Shown here piece by piece: positions 20,953 through 30,387 of a DNA stretch of 64,000 nucleotides. How positions within the stretch are numbered: the stretch's first letter is position 1; each line of letters opens with the position of its first letter. The DNA is taken from positions 3,936,001 to 4,000,000 of the forward strand of contig OZ250169.1 in the NCBI GenBank assembly GCA_965237955.1. Reading direction: 5' to 3'. The translations under genes and the position numbers were made by a program. Origin of the DNA: Candidatus Marinacidobacterales bacterium. GTDB taxonomy: Bacteria > Acidobacteriota > Vicinamibacteria > Marinacidobacterales > SMYC01. Below the pieces are notes generated by a model. It did not search any database. It saw only the letters and a list, made by a program, of their open reading frames with translations, and was not told where the DNA came from.

Positions 20953-22349
20953 GCTGACAACGAGAACGGGCCGGTGCTGTCGCCGAAGCTTTCCATGTCC
21001 TCGAAACCGAGCTTTTGCATCAGGGCCAACATCACGTTCGCCATCGGCGTTCCCGGTTCGGCTCTGAGATGAACGCCGCCGTCGAGTTTTCCGCTGGCGC
21101 CCCCCGCCACGAAGAGCGGGCAGCGCTTGTGGTTGTGCACGTGGGGGTCGCCCATCGGCGAGCCGTAGATGACCATCGTCTTGTCCAAGAGGCTCGCTCC
21201 TTCTTCCTGGATGCTCTGGAGCTTCTCGAAGAAGTAAGGAAGCATCCCGACGTGGTATCGGTTGATCTGGAAGAACTCTTCGATGTTCTTCTCTTTGTCG
21301 CCGTGGTGCGATGCCGGATGGAAACCTTTGTCGATGCCGCTCGAGGGATACACCCGACCCGACGCATCGCGCCCCATCTTGAAGGAGAACACGCGCGTCA
21401 TGTCCGCCTCGAATGCGAGCGCCTGCAGATCGAACATCAATCGCACGTGCTCATCGTAAGAGTCCGGAACGCCTGCGGGGGCTTCTGGGAGCTCCCTCAT
21501 CTCACCGCTCGAGTTGCGCTCGACGACTCTTTCGATCTGCCGTTCGATCTCGCGAATGTTCTCGAGATAGCGATCCATGCGCTGGCGATCGCTCGCGTCG
21601 AGCTCCCGGCTGAGATCGTTCACTTCGCCCATGACGAAGTCGAGAATGCTCTTGCTCGCGCGTCGACGCGCTGCCCGCTCCTCGGCGGTGCCGCCTGCGC
21701 CGAATAGCAAATCGAACGCAACCCGCGGATCGCGGATCATGGGAAGTGGCTCGGTCGCCGTCGCCCAGCTAAGCGTATCCGTGTACACGCACGAGTAGCC
21801 GTACGCGCATCCGCCCGCCTGATCGACGTTCTCGATACAAAGTTGCATCGACGGAATCGGCGTGTCTTGACCGAAACGTTGTGCGTAGAGCTGGTCCATC
21901 GACGGCGCGACGAAGACGTCGGAGCTTTCGGTCTGCTTCGGATGCGACTGCGTCAGAAACACGGCGCTCGAGCGGAAGTGATCGCCGCCGATCTCTTGGG
22001 GAATGACCGCCTCGGCGCCGCGCACGTCAGTGTCACTGACGATGGTCAAATAGTTCCGGAACGGCTCGAGCGAGCTCAAAGCAGTCGGGCTGAGATCGAA
22101 ATCCGGTCCGACGTCTGCGGGTGACCAGAGGTTCTGAGTCGCGCCCCACTTGGTGCTACCGGCGGCGCCGTGGACCATCTCGATGGCGACGAGACGAGTC
22201 CGCTCGAGCGATGTCGCCGTCTCTGTTGCCAGAGCTTTCCCGGCAGGCACCATCGCGTCCAGAAACGGTAGCGCCACGGTGGCGCCCACGCCGCGCAGAA
22301 ATGTACGCCGAGGAATGCGCTTTCCGGTCAGAATCCACCTCATACTCAT
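20949..22349 (-). CDS. DUF1552 domain protein (Tat signal)
   Basis: RRTFLRGVGATVALPFLDAM, GxAYGYSCVY, SILD, HPASHH. Confidence 0.85.
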   Translation of the reverse strand: MSMRWILTGKRIPRRTFLRGVGATVALPFLDAMVPAGKALATETATSLERTRLVAIEMVHGAAGSTKWGATQNLWSPADVGPDFDLSPTALSSLEPFRNYLTIVSDTDVRGAEAVIPQEIGGDHFRSSAVFLTQSHPKQTESSDVFVAPSMDQLYAQRFGQDTPIPSMQLCIENVDQAGGCAYGYSCVYTDTLSWATATEPLPMIRDPRVAFDLLFGAGGTAEERAARRRASKSILDFVMGEVNDLSRELDASDRQRMDRYLENIREIERQIERVVERNSSGEMRELPEAPAGVPDSYDEHVRLMFDLQALAFEADMTRVFSFKMGRDASGRVYPSSGIDKGFHPASHHGDKEKNIEEFFQINRYHVGMLPYFFEKLQSIQEEGASLLDKTMVIYGSPMGDPHVHNHKRCPLFVAGGASGKLDGGVHLRAEPGTPMANVMLALMQKLGFEDMESFGDSTGPFSLSA

Positions 22350-22364
22350 CGTTCGGACCTCCAG

Positions 22365-24809
22365 CTATGGCTCGTCGCTCGCGCGCACGTTGGGCGCGGG
22401 CGCCGCCTTCATGCGAAACGCGGGGCTTTTGACGACGCCCAGGATGAAAGCGGACATGCGGTTGGCGTTTTCAGTGGCCGCGGCCTCGCGCTCGATCGCG
22501 CGGACGGCCGGCATGTCGTAGTACTCGAGCCGTCGTCCCAGAGCGTAGGCCATCAAGTTCTCAGTGAACGTTCGGATCAAAGACGTCGAGCGCGTCAGGA
22601 GCGCCGCGCGCAAATCTTCGGGACCGTGGAGCGGTGTTCCGTCGTAGAGCTCGCCGGACGTGTCGACGTCCACGCCTCGGTCTCGGATGCGCCAGGCGCC
22701 GGTGGCGTCGAAGTTCTCGAGAGCGAGGCCGAGCGGATCGATCATGCGGTGACACGAGTTGCACGCGGGGTCTGCCCGGTGTTTTTCCATCTGCTCGCGC
22801 ACCGAAAGCAAACGACCGCCGGCGGCCTCTCCGGTTTCGTCGAGCTCCGGCACGTTCGGCGGCTGCGGCGGCGGTGGGCTCCCGAGCAGTACTTCCATGA
22901 TCCATTTGCCGCGCAGCACCGGAGACGTCCGGCTCGCGTGCGACGTCAGCGTCAAGACGCTCCCGTGACCCAACAGTCCTCTCCGTCGCTCGTCCGGATA
23001 CAAGACGCGGCGGAAGTCATCGCCTCTCACGTCGCGGATTCCGTAGTGGTTTGCAAGCCGCTCGTCGAGAAACGTGTAGTCCGCGGTGAGAAGCTCGAGC
23101 ACGCTCCGGTCGTCGCGGACGACGCTCTCGAAGAAAAGCTTGGTCTCGAGCCGCATCGAAGCCTTCAGCTGGTCGTGGAAATCCGGATACGTCCGCACGT
23201 TCGGATGCATCTTTTCCAAGTCCTGCAACCGAAGCCACTGTGCGGCGAAGCGCGTCGAAAGTGCGGCCGAGCGGGAGTCCGCCAACATCCTGCGGGCCTC
23301 GGCTGCGAGCACATCGGGATCCGAAAGCCTTTTGTCGCGAGCCAAAGCCATGAGCTTTTCATCCGGACCGGCGCCCCACAAGAAAAACGAGAGACGTGAT
23401 GCGAGGTCGATGTCGCGGATGCGGTACATCTCACCGGGACGTGCGTTCGCGGGCGGCTCCTCGAAACGGAAGACAAAATGGGGGCTCGCTAGAATACCTT
23501 CGAGTGCAGTGCGAATGCCAGATTCGAAAGAAGCATCGAAACCGCCATCGGAAGCGCCGATCTCGTAAAGCGACATCAGCGTACCGAGAGCGTTCGGCGC
23601 AAGAGGCTTTCGATACGCCTTGGAGGCTAACCGCGCGACGATCTCTTCCGCACACGAAACCTCGTCGTCCGCGGACACGGGACGGCAGCTGAAGATCGCC
23701 TCGCGACTCGGCGACTCCGAGACCCCGGTGGGGTTATACGGTCCGGTGATGGCGAGATCTCTCAGGTGAGGGACGCTGGTGAAACCGTACGCGTCTGCGA
23801 TGCTCGTGCTCGCGATGGACCAATCGTGCGGCGACATGAGGTCCTGCAGCGGGCCTTCGACTTTGTTGATGAACGCCGCGGAGATGCGCTGAGGACCCGA
23901 GTGGATGAAAACCGGCTCGGTGCGCATGTCGAGTCCCTCCGGGTCGGAAGCATGCATCCACCGGTCGATGTCGAGAAGCGCCACCCGCTCACCGTTGACG
24001 GAAATCTCGAGCTGCTCCACTACGTCAGTGGTGTGCAGTGCCGCGCGACCACTACCGTGGAGCGCACCCGTCGTCTCGTGGTGGAAAGAGACCCGGAACC
24101 GGTACTCGCCGTCGGCGAGGAAGTTGTGGACGACGGAGACCCCGCCCCGGGTTCCGTACGGCGCGCCTTCGACGTGCTCGGTTTGCGACACCCAGCGCGT
24201 GACCTTGTAGGTGGCTTCTCTGGGGCCGGCCGTCGCATCGCCAATCGCGAGGCGGCTCACCTCTGAGGCGGCGCGAAGATACGCTTCCATCAGTGTCGCC
24301 GAAAGCATCTGGACATCGGCGATGTTGTCGAAGTTGGCGCTTTTGGTGTCGAGCGGGAGGTAATCGCCCGCGTCGATGTCGAGCGCGAGGAGGTCCCGGA
24401 TCGAAGCCTCGTACTCGGCGCGATTGAGACGCTGGAACGTGCGTCGGCCCGGGTTGGGGTTCGCCGCGGCGAATTGGTCGAGCCGGGTCTCGAGCACGGT
24501 GGCGAGCGCGAGAAGGCGGTCTTCGCCGGGCCGGGGTACACCCGCGGGAGGCATCATGCCCGCCCGCAGTTTGCGGATCATCTTCTCGGCAAGCGCCGCA
24601 TTGGCTTCCGCTTTGGCGACCTCGAAGGTCTCGAGCGACATGTTGCCCAGGTGCGCCGCGTCGTTGTGGCACGCGTAGCAGGTCTCGTCGACCAACGCCT
24701 GCGCGGCGCCAATACTTTCTGGGCTCCCTGGCGACTCGGCGCCGCTTGCGAAGCCGGCCAAAATCAGGAGGAAAGCTGCGGCGCCCAGCCTCGCCGCGGG
24801 ACTTGTCAT
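22365..24809 (-). CDS. DUF1592/PSD-PSCyt cytochrome-c-like protein
   Basis: CYACH and CNSCH heme motifs, RLNRAEY, LASRLSFFLW, TSPVLRGKW. Confidence 0.87.
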   Translation of the reverse strand: MTSPAARLGAAAFLLILAGFASGAESPGSPESIGAAQALVDETCYACHNDAAHLGNMSLETFEVAKAEANAALAEKMIRKLRAGMMPPAGVPRPGEDRLLALATVLETRLDQFAAANPNPGRRTFQRLNRAEYEASIRDLLALDIDAGDYLPLDTKSANFDNIADVQMLSATLMEAYLRAASEVSRLAIGDATAGPREATYKVTRWVSQTEHVEGAPYGTRGGVSVVHNFLADGEYRFRVSFHHETTGALHGSGRAALHTTDVVEQLEISVNGERVALLDIDRWMHASDPEGLDMRTEPVFIHSGPQRISAAFINKVEGPLQDLMSPHDWSIASTSIADAYGFTSVPHLRDLAITGPYNPTGVSESPSREAIFSCRPVSADDEVSCAEEIVARLASKAYRKPLAPNALGTLMSLYEIGASDGGFDASFESGIRTALEGILASPHFVFRFEEPPANARPGEMYRIRDIDLASRLSFFLWGAGPDEKLMALARDKRLSDPDVLAAEARRMLADSRSAALSTRFAAQWLRLQDLEKMHPNVRTYPDFHDQLKASMRLETKLFFESVVRDDRSVLELLTADYTFLDERLANHYGIRDVRGDDFRRVLYPDERRRGLLGHGSVLTLTSHASRTSPVLRGKWIMEVLLGSPPPPQPPNVPELDETGEAAGGRLLSVREQMEKHRADPACNSCHRMIDPLGLALENFDATGAWRIRDRGVDVDTSGELYDGTPLHGPEDLRAALLTRSTSLIRTFTENLMAYALGRRLEYYDMPAVRAIEREAAATENANRMSAFILGVVKSPAFRMKAAPAPNVRASDEP

Positions 24810-24876
24810 CGGTGTCTCACCTCACCTGCGAGCGTAGGATACCACTCGGCATCATTATTAATACAATAGGCTCTCC

Positions 24877-25501
24877 ATGCGCGATCTCGACACGGAATTC
24901 GGACGGATCGACATCTATCTCTTCGACCAGTTGCTACGCGGCAACATCCGGCACGGCGTCAGGATACTCGACGCGGGGTGTTGGTTCGGGACGAAACCTC
25001 GTCTACCTGATGCGTTCGGGCTACGAAGTTTTCGGGGTCGATGCGAATCCCGAGGCCATCGATGATGTTCGGAAGCTCGCAGCGACACTGTCGCCTCAGC
25101 TACCGGAGACCAATTTTCGCGTGGAAGCCATCGAGGCCATGACCACCCCCGACCAGTCGGTCGACGTCGTTCTCTCGAGCGCGGTGCTGCATTTCGCCCG
25201 CGACGACGATCACTTCTGGGCTATGGTGAATGCGATGTGGCGCGCTCTCGCTGATGGCGGGCTGTTCTTCTGCCGTCTCGCCTCGACGATTGGAATGGCG
25301 GATCGTTGCCGGCGAGTCGAGGGACGGCGTTTTGTCTCGCCCGACGGGGTGGAGCGCTATCTCGTGGACGAAGCCATGCTCGTCGACGCCACGGTGAAGC
25401 TCGGAGGAGAGCTAGTCGACCCGTTAAAAACCACCGTCGTCCAGGACCAGCGATGCATGACCACATGGGTCGTCCTCAAGCGGCGCAAGAAACGTCCCTA
25501 A
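24877..25501 (+). CDS. Class I SAM-dependent methyltransferase, frameshift at ~24980
   Basis: DIYLFDQLLRG..RILDAGC then GRNLVYL...SAVLHFARD in a second frame. Confidence 0.78.
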
Positions 25502-25532
25502 ACCCTCCCCCTCTTGGGGGAGAGAGTTTCAC
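25500..25532. repeat. REP-like palindrome, copy 1
   Basis: AAACCCTCCCCCTCTTGGGGGAGAGAGTTTCAC; near-identical copy at 30358. Confidence 0.55.
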
Positions 25533-25554
25533 GGAGGCTCGCAAAGCGAGCCGG

Positions 25555-25977
25555 ATGAGGGGGCGCCGCCCGAAGCCAAACTCGACTCCGAAGCCTACGA
25601 ACGCGATCTCCCCGCCCGACACAACCCTAGGGGAAAAAAAGCCCAAAAAAGTCGATTGGTACTATCAACGCAAAGGGTGAACGAGCTGTGGAAGAGCGTC
25701 CAAGTTCATGGACGCCAAGGGTGTCGAAGCCAAAGAAGTCATTCCCGCTTCGAGAAAGCTCGATCGACGCGATGCCGCGGAGCTCGTCAAGGCCGCGAAG
25801 AAAGTGATCGTGGCCAAGGGTAAGAAAGTTCAAAGCTTTCCCGGCGGGAACGCGACCAAGGAAGTCGTCGACGCGCTCCTCGGCCCAACCGGGAACCTGC
25901 GCGCACCCACCGTGCGAGTAGGGAAGTCTTTGTTGGTGGGTTTCGACGAGAGCTCCTACGCCGACGTTCTGGGTTAG
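25555..25977 (+). CDS. ArsC/Spx-like thioredoxin-fold selenoprotein (UxxC); true start probably ~25639
   Basis: ...VDWYYQRKG-TGA(25678)-TSCGRASKF... in frame with the GPTGNLRAPT core; SECIS-like hairpin downstream. Confidence 0.8.
25696..25715 (+). promoter_or_regulatory. Putative bacterial SECIS hairpin
   Basis: GCGTCCA-AGTTCA-TGGACGC perfect 7-bp stem starting 15 nt after the UGA, G in loop. Confidence 0.7.
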
Positions 25978-26040
25978 GGGCCCGAACAGGGGTGCCGGTC
26001 GCTGAACCCTTCGCGAAGACGACACGGAAGGGAGCGCGCG

Positions 26041-26217
26041 TGCCAAACGTTTGGCAACAACATCAAGGGCCCCAACCGCCCAACAGGAGGTGTAGGTCTG
26101 CCAAACGTTTGGCAGACGGGACAGGGGGCCGTAGCGCTTTCGCGGCGTTCCCGAAAGCGCGTCTCTCGCAGCGCCGCTCGCGGAACGACGACGCCGCGAA
26201 GTGCCAAACGTTTGGCG
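26041..26217. repeat. Three copies of the palindrome TGCCAAACGTTTGGC(A/G) with unique spacers
   Basis: Copies at 26041, 26099 and 26202; spacers of 42 and 87 bp. Confidence 0.85.
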
Positions 26218-26302
26218 CTTCGAAACATTCTGCCCCCCGGAGCACCGGATCGGACACACTCCTTCCCCTCGATCGATAGCCTCCGGTCTGTAATCGCTTC
26301 GC

Positions 26303-27412
26303 TCAGGCGTGAAGCGGCTCGCCGAGCTCCATGTCATTGTCAATGTCAGCGAGACCCTCCACGTCAATCTCGGCCAGCCGTTCGTGGCGCTCCATTGCCG
26401 TCTCCATCACCTTGGGCCGACGCCATTCGAGATCGACGGGAGCTTTCCCCGACAGACCGATCAGCCCCGCGTGCAGCATCCTGTGGTGGAACCAACAAAG
26501 CGTCAAAAGATTCGACGGGTCGTTCATCTCCCACCACTTCTTTTTCCCGAACTTGCTACGGTGCTCCAGGTGATGGACATGCAAGCCGTAGCGCACGCGA
26601 CAACCTGGGTATTGACATAAATAGCCATCGCGTTCGAGGACGGACTTGTGGATAGCCGCATAACAGCGCACTTCCACCGACGGCAGGTCGGCGCCTTCCG
26701 GACACATGAGAGCTTCCACCTTGGGATCCAGCTCCAGGGAGATCGGCTCCGACACCGATACCGTCTCTGCTTGCTCTTGCGGCACGTCGGCCTCGTCTCC
26801 GCCGTCACCCTCAGCTTCCGCCGCGTCGTGCTCCATTGGCTCCACGCGCGCCTGGTACGTCGCGAGGAACTCGGCTGCGATGTACTCGAGTGCCAGACCC
26901 ACATCGATCTCTTCGCCGCTCACGCGGCGGACGATCTCCAGAGCCTGCGCCCAAATCGACGCCTGTTCAGCGGTGAGGTAGATGCTGATCTTGCCTCCGT
27001 GGGTCTGCACCTCGTCACGGATCAGGCGCTCGAGATCGCGGAAGGAGTTGTTCACTGCTTTTTCGGTCCACTCCTCATCAGTCTCGGGACTCGCCTGCGA
27101 TGCGGCCTTCGCTGCTTTGGTCCAGCCGAGCTTGCCGGTGGCGAGCGCTCGGGTGAGCCGCGGTAGCTGAGTGAGCTTGCGCGCGAGGTACAAGAGCGTG
27201 CGCGTCTTGGAATGACAGAAGCTGAATCGCTCCATCGCGTAGTCGTAAATATTCTCGAAGCCAAAGACGTGGTAGTGGCGGCGGCGGTTGATCTGATAGA
27301 GGTAGAAGCAAATCAACTTCTCTGCACGTTCATGGTCTTGGACCGCCTTTTCGAGTCGATGATCGAGCTCTGCCGCGGAGAGCGGCGTGGCATTGGGAAG
27401 AAAATCGTACAT
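26303..27412 (-). CDS. HNH endonuclease (DUF222-like helical N-terminus)
   Basis: VLERDGYLCQYPGC...HVHHLEHRS...NLLTLCWFHHRMLH; AAGGAG RBS. Confidence 0.85.
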   Translation of the reverse strand: MYDFLPNATPLSAAELDHRLEKAVQDHERAEKLICFYLYQINRRRHYHVFGFENIYDYAMERFSFCHSKTRTLLYLARKLTQLPRLTRALATGKLGWTKAAKAASQASPETDEEWTEKAVNNSFRDLERLIRDEVQTHGGKISIYLTAEQASIWAQALEIVRRVSGEEIDVGLALEYIAAEFLATYQARVEPMEHDAAEAEGDGGDEADVPQEQAETVSVSEPISLELDPKVEALMCPEGADLPSVEVRCYAAIHKSVLERDGYLCQYPGCRVRYGLHVHHLEHRSKFGKKKWWEMNDPSNLLTLCWFHHRMLHAGLIGLSGKAPVDLEWRRPKVMETAMERHERLAEIDVEGLADIDNDMELGEPLHA

Positions 27413-27742
27413 CGTTATTATCTCCTTGAAACAAATAGCTTTAGATGGTAAAACACTGACGAATTGTAAGGTATATATTAAGTAAAAGTAGTGGGCCAAG
27501 TCAAATCGGTATGACTGTTAAGTGTTTTCGAATCAATTAGTTACAGAGTAAAAATAGTGCAGGCGAGAAGTCGTGCGCCTTCAAACTGTTGTTACAAAAT
27601 GGGTTACGTCGGTGGATGCGAGTCAAGACTCGAGAGATTCGGTCTCGAACGACGCGGGCAACGCGACTTCTAGTAACTCCAAATCCGTCGAGCCGTCGGC
27701 GAACGCGTAGGACATCCCTGCCGGCAAGACCACAGAGTCCCT

Positions 27743-28828
27743 GCCTTGGTGCACAACTCCGATAGAGGCCGAGAGCTCGCTTGGCCCCGACTCCCATCAT
27801 CCGATCATCTCGCTATCAGGCATCCCGAGCGCCGTCATCGTGTTGAGAATCTTGCACCCGATCCTTGCCTCGACTCTCTGTGCCGCTAACCCTCTCGCTC
27901 GCATCGCTGAGCCCACGATAGCCTTGTAGCGATGGAACGTTGTCTCGACTTTGCTCCGTTTGCTGTAGCCCGATTCTGTGTGCCACTTTCGTTTGCCGAG
28001 CCGAGCTTGTGCTGCAATGTTGCGATTGCGCTGTCGGCTGCTCGCCGGCCCCGATGCGAGCTGGGCGCCCTTGCGCGGCGGTATCAGCACCCTCGGCGAG
28101 CAATGAGCGCTGTGATTCTCGATTGCCTCATAGACGCCGCCGGCGTCGTATGCGGTGTCAGCTCTGGCCGATGAGATGGGACTGTCGATCTGTCCGACAA
28201 GCGATGCAACCCGCGATGAATCGCGGGCTCTTTTGCTCGTCAAGCTCGCCGGCGACGACTTCGCCAGTCTGCTCGTCGACACACAGATGGAGCTTGCGAT
28301 AGTCCCTGCTCTTTGGTGCTCTGCGCAGCTGGCCGGCGTGGACAGCGAGACCGCTGCTGTCGATCAAGATGTGCAACGGCGTCTTCTGCTTGTCTTGGTA
28401 GAAGGGGACCTTACCCAGCTTCGCCTTGCGCCTCGAGATCGTGGTGTGATCGGGCACATCATTGTCTAGCTTCATCAGAGCGAACAACGATCGCAGCAAT
28501 CCCTCGCTCTGCCTAGATGACAGATGAAACACCATGCCCAGGGTGACAGCCGTCTCGATGGCGTGGTTCGAGTACTTGCGTTGACGGCCCGGTTTCCTCC
28601 TCCTCGGCCGGGGCGCGTCCCAGTTCACAAGCTTGCCGGCGGTGAGCGAGATCCAGACGGTCAGGCTCCCACGGTTGCGTAGACCCGCCTCATATTCACG
28701 CCAATTCCTCACGCGATAGGCCTTCTTCACATACTTCCGCTGAGTGCGTTTGAAAATGCTCATGGGGAACCTCGAATCCGTGAGTAAAGGACAATTGTGG
28801 ACCGAGATCGCGAGTTGTGCACCAAGGC
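27743..28828 (-). mobile_element. IS5-family (IS903-like) element, copy 1
   Basis: IRs GCCTTGGTGCACAACTC / GAGTTGTGCACCAAGGC; near-identical to two other copies. Confidence 0.9.
27797..28763 (-). pseudogene. IS5-family transposase, frameshift at ~28242
   Basis: NWREYEAGLRNRGSLTVW, IDSSG, ADTAYD, RSKVET; one extra A relative to copy 3. Confidence 0.85.
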
Positions 28829-28866
28829 AGATTTTTCCTATCCTTCTGAATCGGCGTGCCTGGATG

Positions 28867-29574
28867 TTACGGCCGGCGGCGCCGGAGCGCGGATACCTTG
28901 TCGACGAGGATCTGCACCGGCCCCCGATTGAACGGGTTCCACCTCTTTTGCGTGGTGTTGATGAACTGTAGCTGGCCATCGAACGTAATGCGCGCGTTCA
29001 AAGCGTAGGTGTTCCGCTCCTCGATCCGTCGCTTTGGATAGTAGAGGCGGAACGGAAGCGGCACTTGGCGTCCACCGGTCACTTGCACCTGTTGCGCGAT
29101 CACATCCGCAGCGACGTCCTGGAGCGACACGTCGTCGAGCCGAACGATGTAGACGGCGTTGGGCGGAAGCGCGATGCGCTCACGGTGCACGACGGTTCCG
29201 GAGACAGTGTCGATCGCGTCGTCGTTCCGCTGGTACTTCCCGGCGAGGTAGCGCTGGCCCAAGAGGACCAGCCGATCGTCGCGGACGGCCTGGATCCCGA
29301 GGCGGTACTCGAGCGGGTCAGGAGCGTGCTCCGAGTTGGTGGTCAGGAACAGGCCGTCCACTTCGCGCCTCCAACTAATGCCGCTGATGCGCGGGACCCC
29401 GGCCACGCCGAGAGTACCATCGGGCTCGAGAATGATGGCCTCGAAGACGCCGGGGGCGTTCGGCGCTTCACGAACCCAGGTGCCAGCGATATCCCGGGCA
29501 GCCCCTGGATGGGCGATGCCGAGGAGAGCCAAAGCGGTGATGGTGATGAGGTGGTGCAGAGAATTTCGACACAT
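28867..29574 (-). CDS. Secreted protein with YbaY/YscW-type domain
   Basis: Signal peptide; VSGTVVHRERIALPP...DVSLQD...QVPLPF..Y...ARI. Confidence 0.8.
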   Translation of the reverse strand: MCRNSLHHLITITALALLGIAHPGAARDIAGTWVREAPNAPGVFEAIILEPDGTLGVAGVPRISGISWRREVDGLFLTTNSEHAPDPLEYRLGIQAVRDDRLVLLGQRYLAGKYQRNDDAIDTVSGTVVHRERIALPPNAVYIVRLDDVSLQDVAADVIAQQVQVTGGRQVPLPFRLYYPKRRIEERNTYALNARITFDGQLQFINTTQKRWNPFNRGPVQILVDKVSALRRRRP

Positions 29575-29850
29575 GATGTTATCTCGTGAAGCCGTGGGTT
29601 TACAGAAGCTCGGAAACGTGATTATAGATCGGTTCTCTTGATACGCCCGTAGTGTGCCAAGATTCAGCCGCGCGGATGTCGAGTGTTGGCAGGCCATTGA
29701 TTTTTGAACCCCGTAACGGCCGCGTGCCTTGCTGCTCATTCGGGCGCGAAATTCCGGACTGTGGGCTTCAGAAAGCAAATTCTCATCTGACGAACTCGCT
29801 ACTGCAAGTTATTGACCCGGTCATGAAATATTTGGACCATGTCGCATAGC

Positions 29851-29977
29851 AAGGATTGGAAATTTCCAAGCCTGCCCGGGGCGTTCCACTGCGATTTCTC
29901 CAGCTTGACCGACGTGGCGTCACGTCATTCAGTATCGGTGACATTTAGCAAAGGGTACGTAGCAAGACAAGGCGGTG
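29851..29977 (-). mobile_element. IS91/ISCR oriIS-like end relic, copy A
   Basis: Homologous to 62292-62417; the minus strand ends GCTTGGAAATTTCCAATCC. Confidence 0.5.
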
Positions 29978-30161
29978 AGGGCGGAGTGTTTTCAGGGGGA
30001 AGACACAGGTGTGGTGTTGCGTTGTCAAAGAAACGGCACAGAGGAGATGAAGGGGAGAGACCGAAGCTAAGGCTGAGGAGGAGCGCGTGAGTGGGTCTTG
30101 GACTTTTTGAAATGAGCCAAGATTTTCCGAATCCCCTTCTGCTCGGTGATGAAGGCGACGA

Positions 30162-30240
30162 TTGTCCGAAAAGTGTCCGAAAACAACTGCCTACACCGGG
30201 TGAACACCGACAACGATGATCCCGCTAATTTGTTTATTTC
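30162..30240. repeat. Tandem TGTCCGAAAA repeats, possible integrase arm-type sites
   Basis: TTGTCCGAAAAGTGTCCGAAAA about 110 bp upstream of the tRNA fragment, followed by an AT-rich tract. Confidence 0.45.
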
Positions 30241-30287
30241 TTAGCGGTCCTTCGTTTTTGGTTGTCGGGTCTCTCGGTATTCTTTGG

Positions 30288-30332
30288 CCTGTCACGCGGA
30301 GGTCGCGAGTTCGAGTCTCGTCGGCCCCGCCA
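30288..30332 (+). tRNA. 3' half of tRNA-Asp(GTC), att-site duplication rather than a full tRNA
   Basis: CCTGTCACGCGGAGGTCGCGAGTTCGAGTCTCGTCGGCCCCGCCA: anticodon loop, T-arm and CCA present; no matching 5' acceptor or D-arm. Confidence 0.82.
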
Positions 30333-30357
30333 TTACCTAATGCTTGATGCTGATGTT

Positions 30358-30387
30358 AAATCTCCCCCTTGTGGGAGAGAGTTTCAC
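30358..30387. repeat. REP-like palindrome, copy 2
   Basis: AAATCTCCCCCTTGTGGGAGAGAGTTTCAC. Confidence 0.55.

Noticed and set aside
19651-21072. Long antisense ORFs (also 33013..34524, 45465..46853, 13696..14691 and others)
   Set aside because: Shadow frames of real genes in GC-rich DNA, with no motifs
26041-26217. Palindromic repeats as a canonical CRISPR array
   Set aside because: Only three 16-bp units, irregular spacers and no cas genes; kept as a separate finding
30260-30332. Functional full-length tRNA-Asp
   Set aside because: No 5' acceptor strand or D-arm complementary to the 3' end
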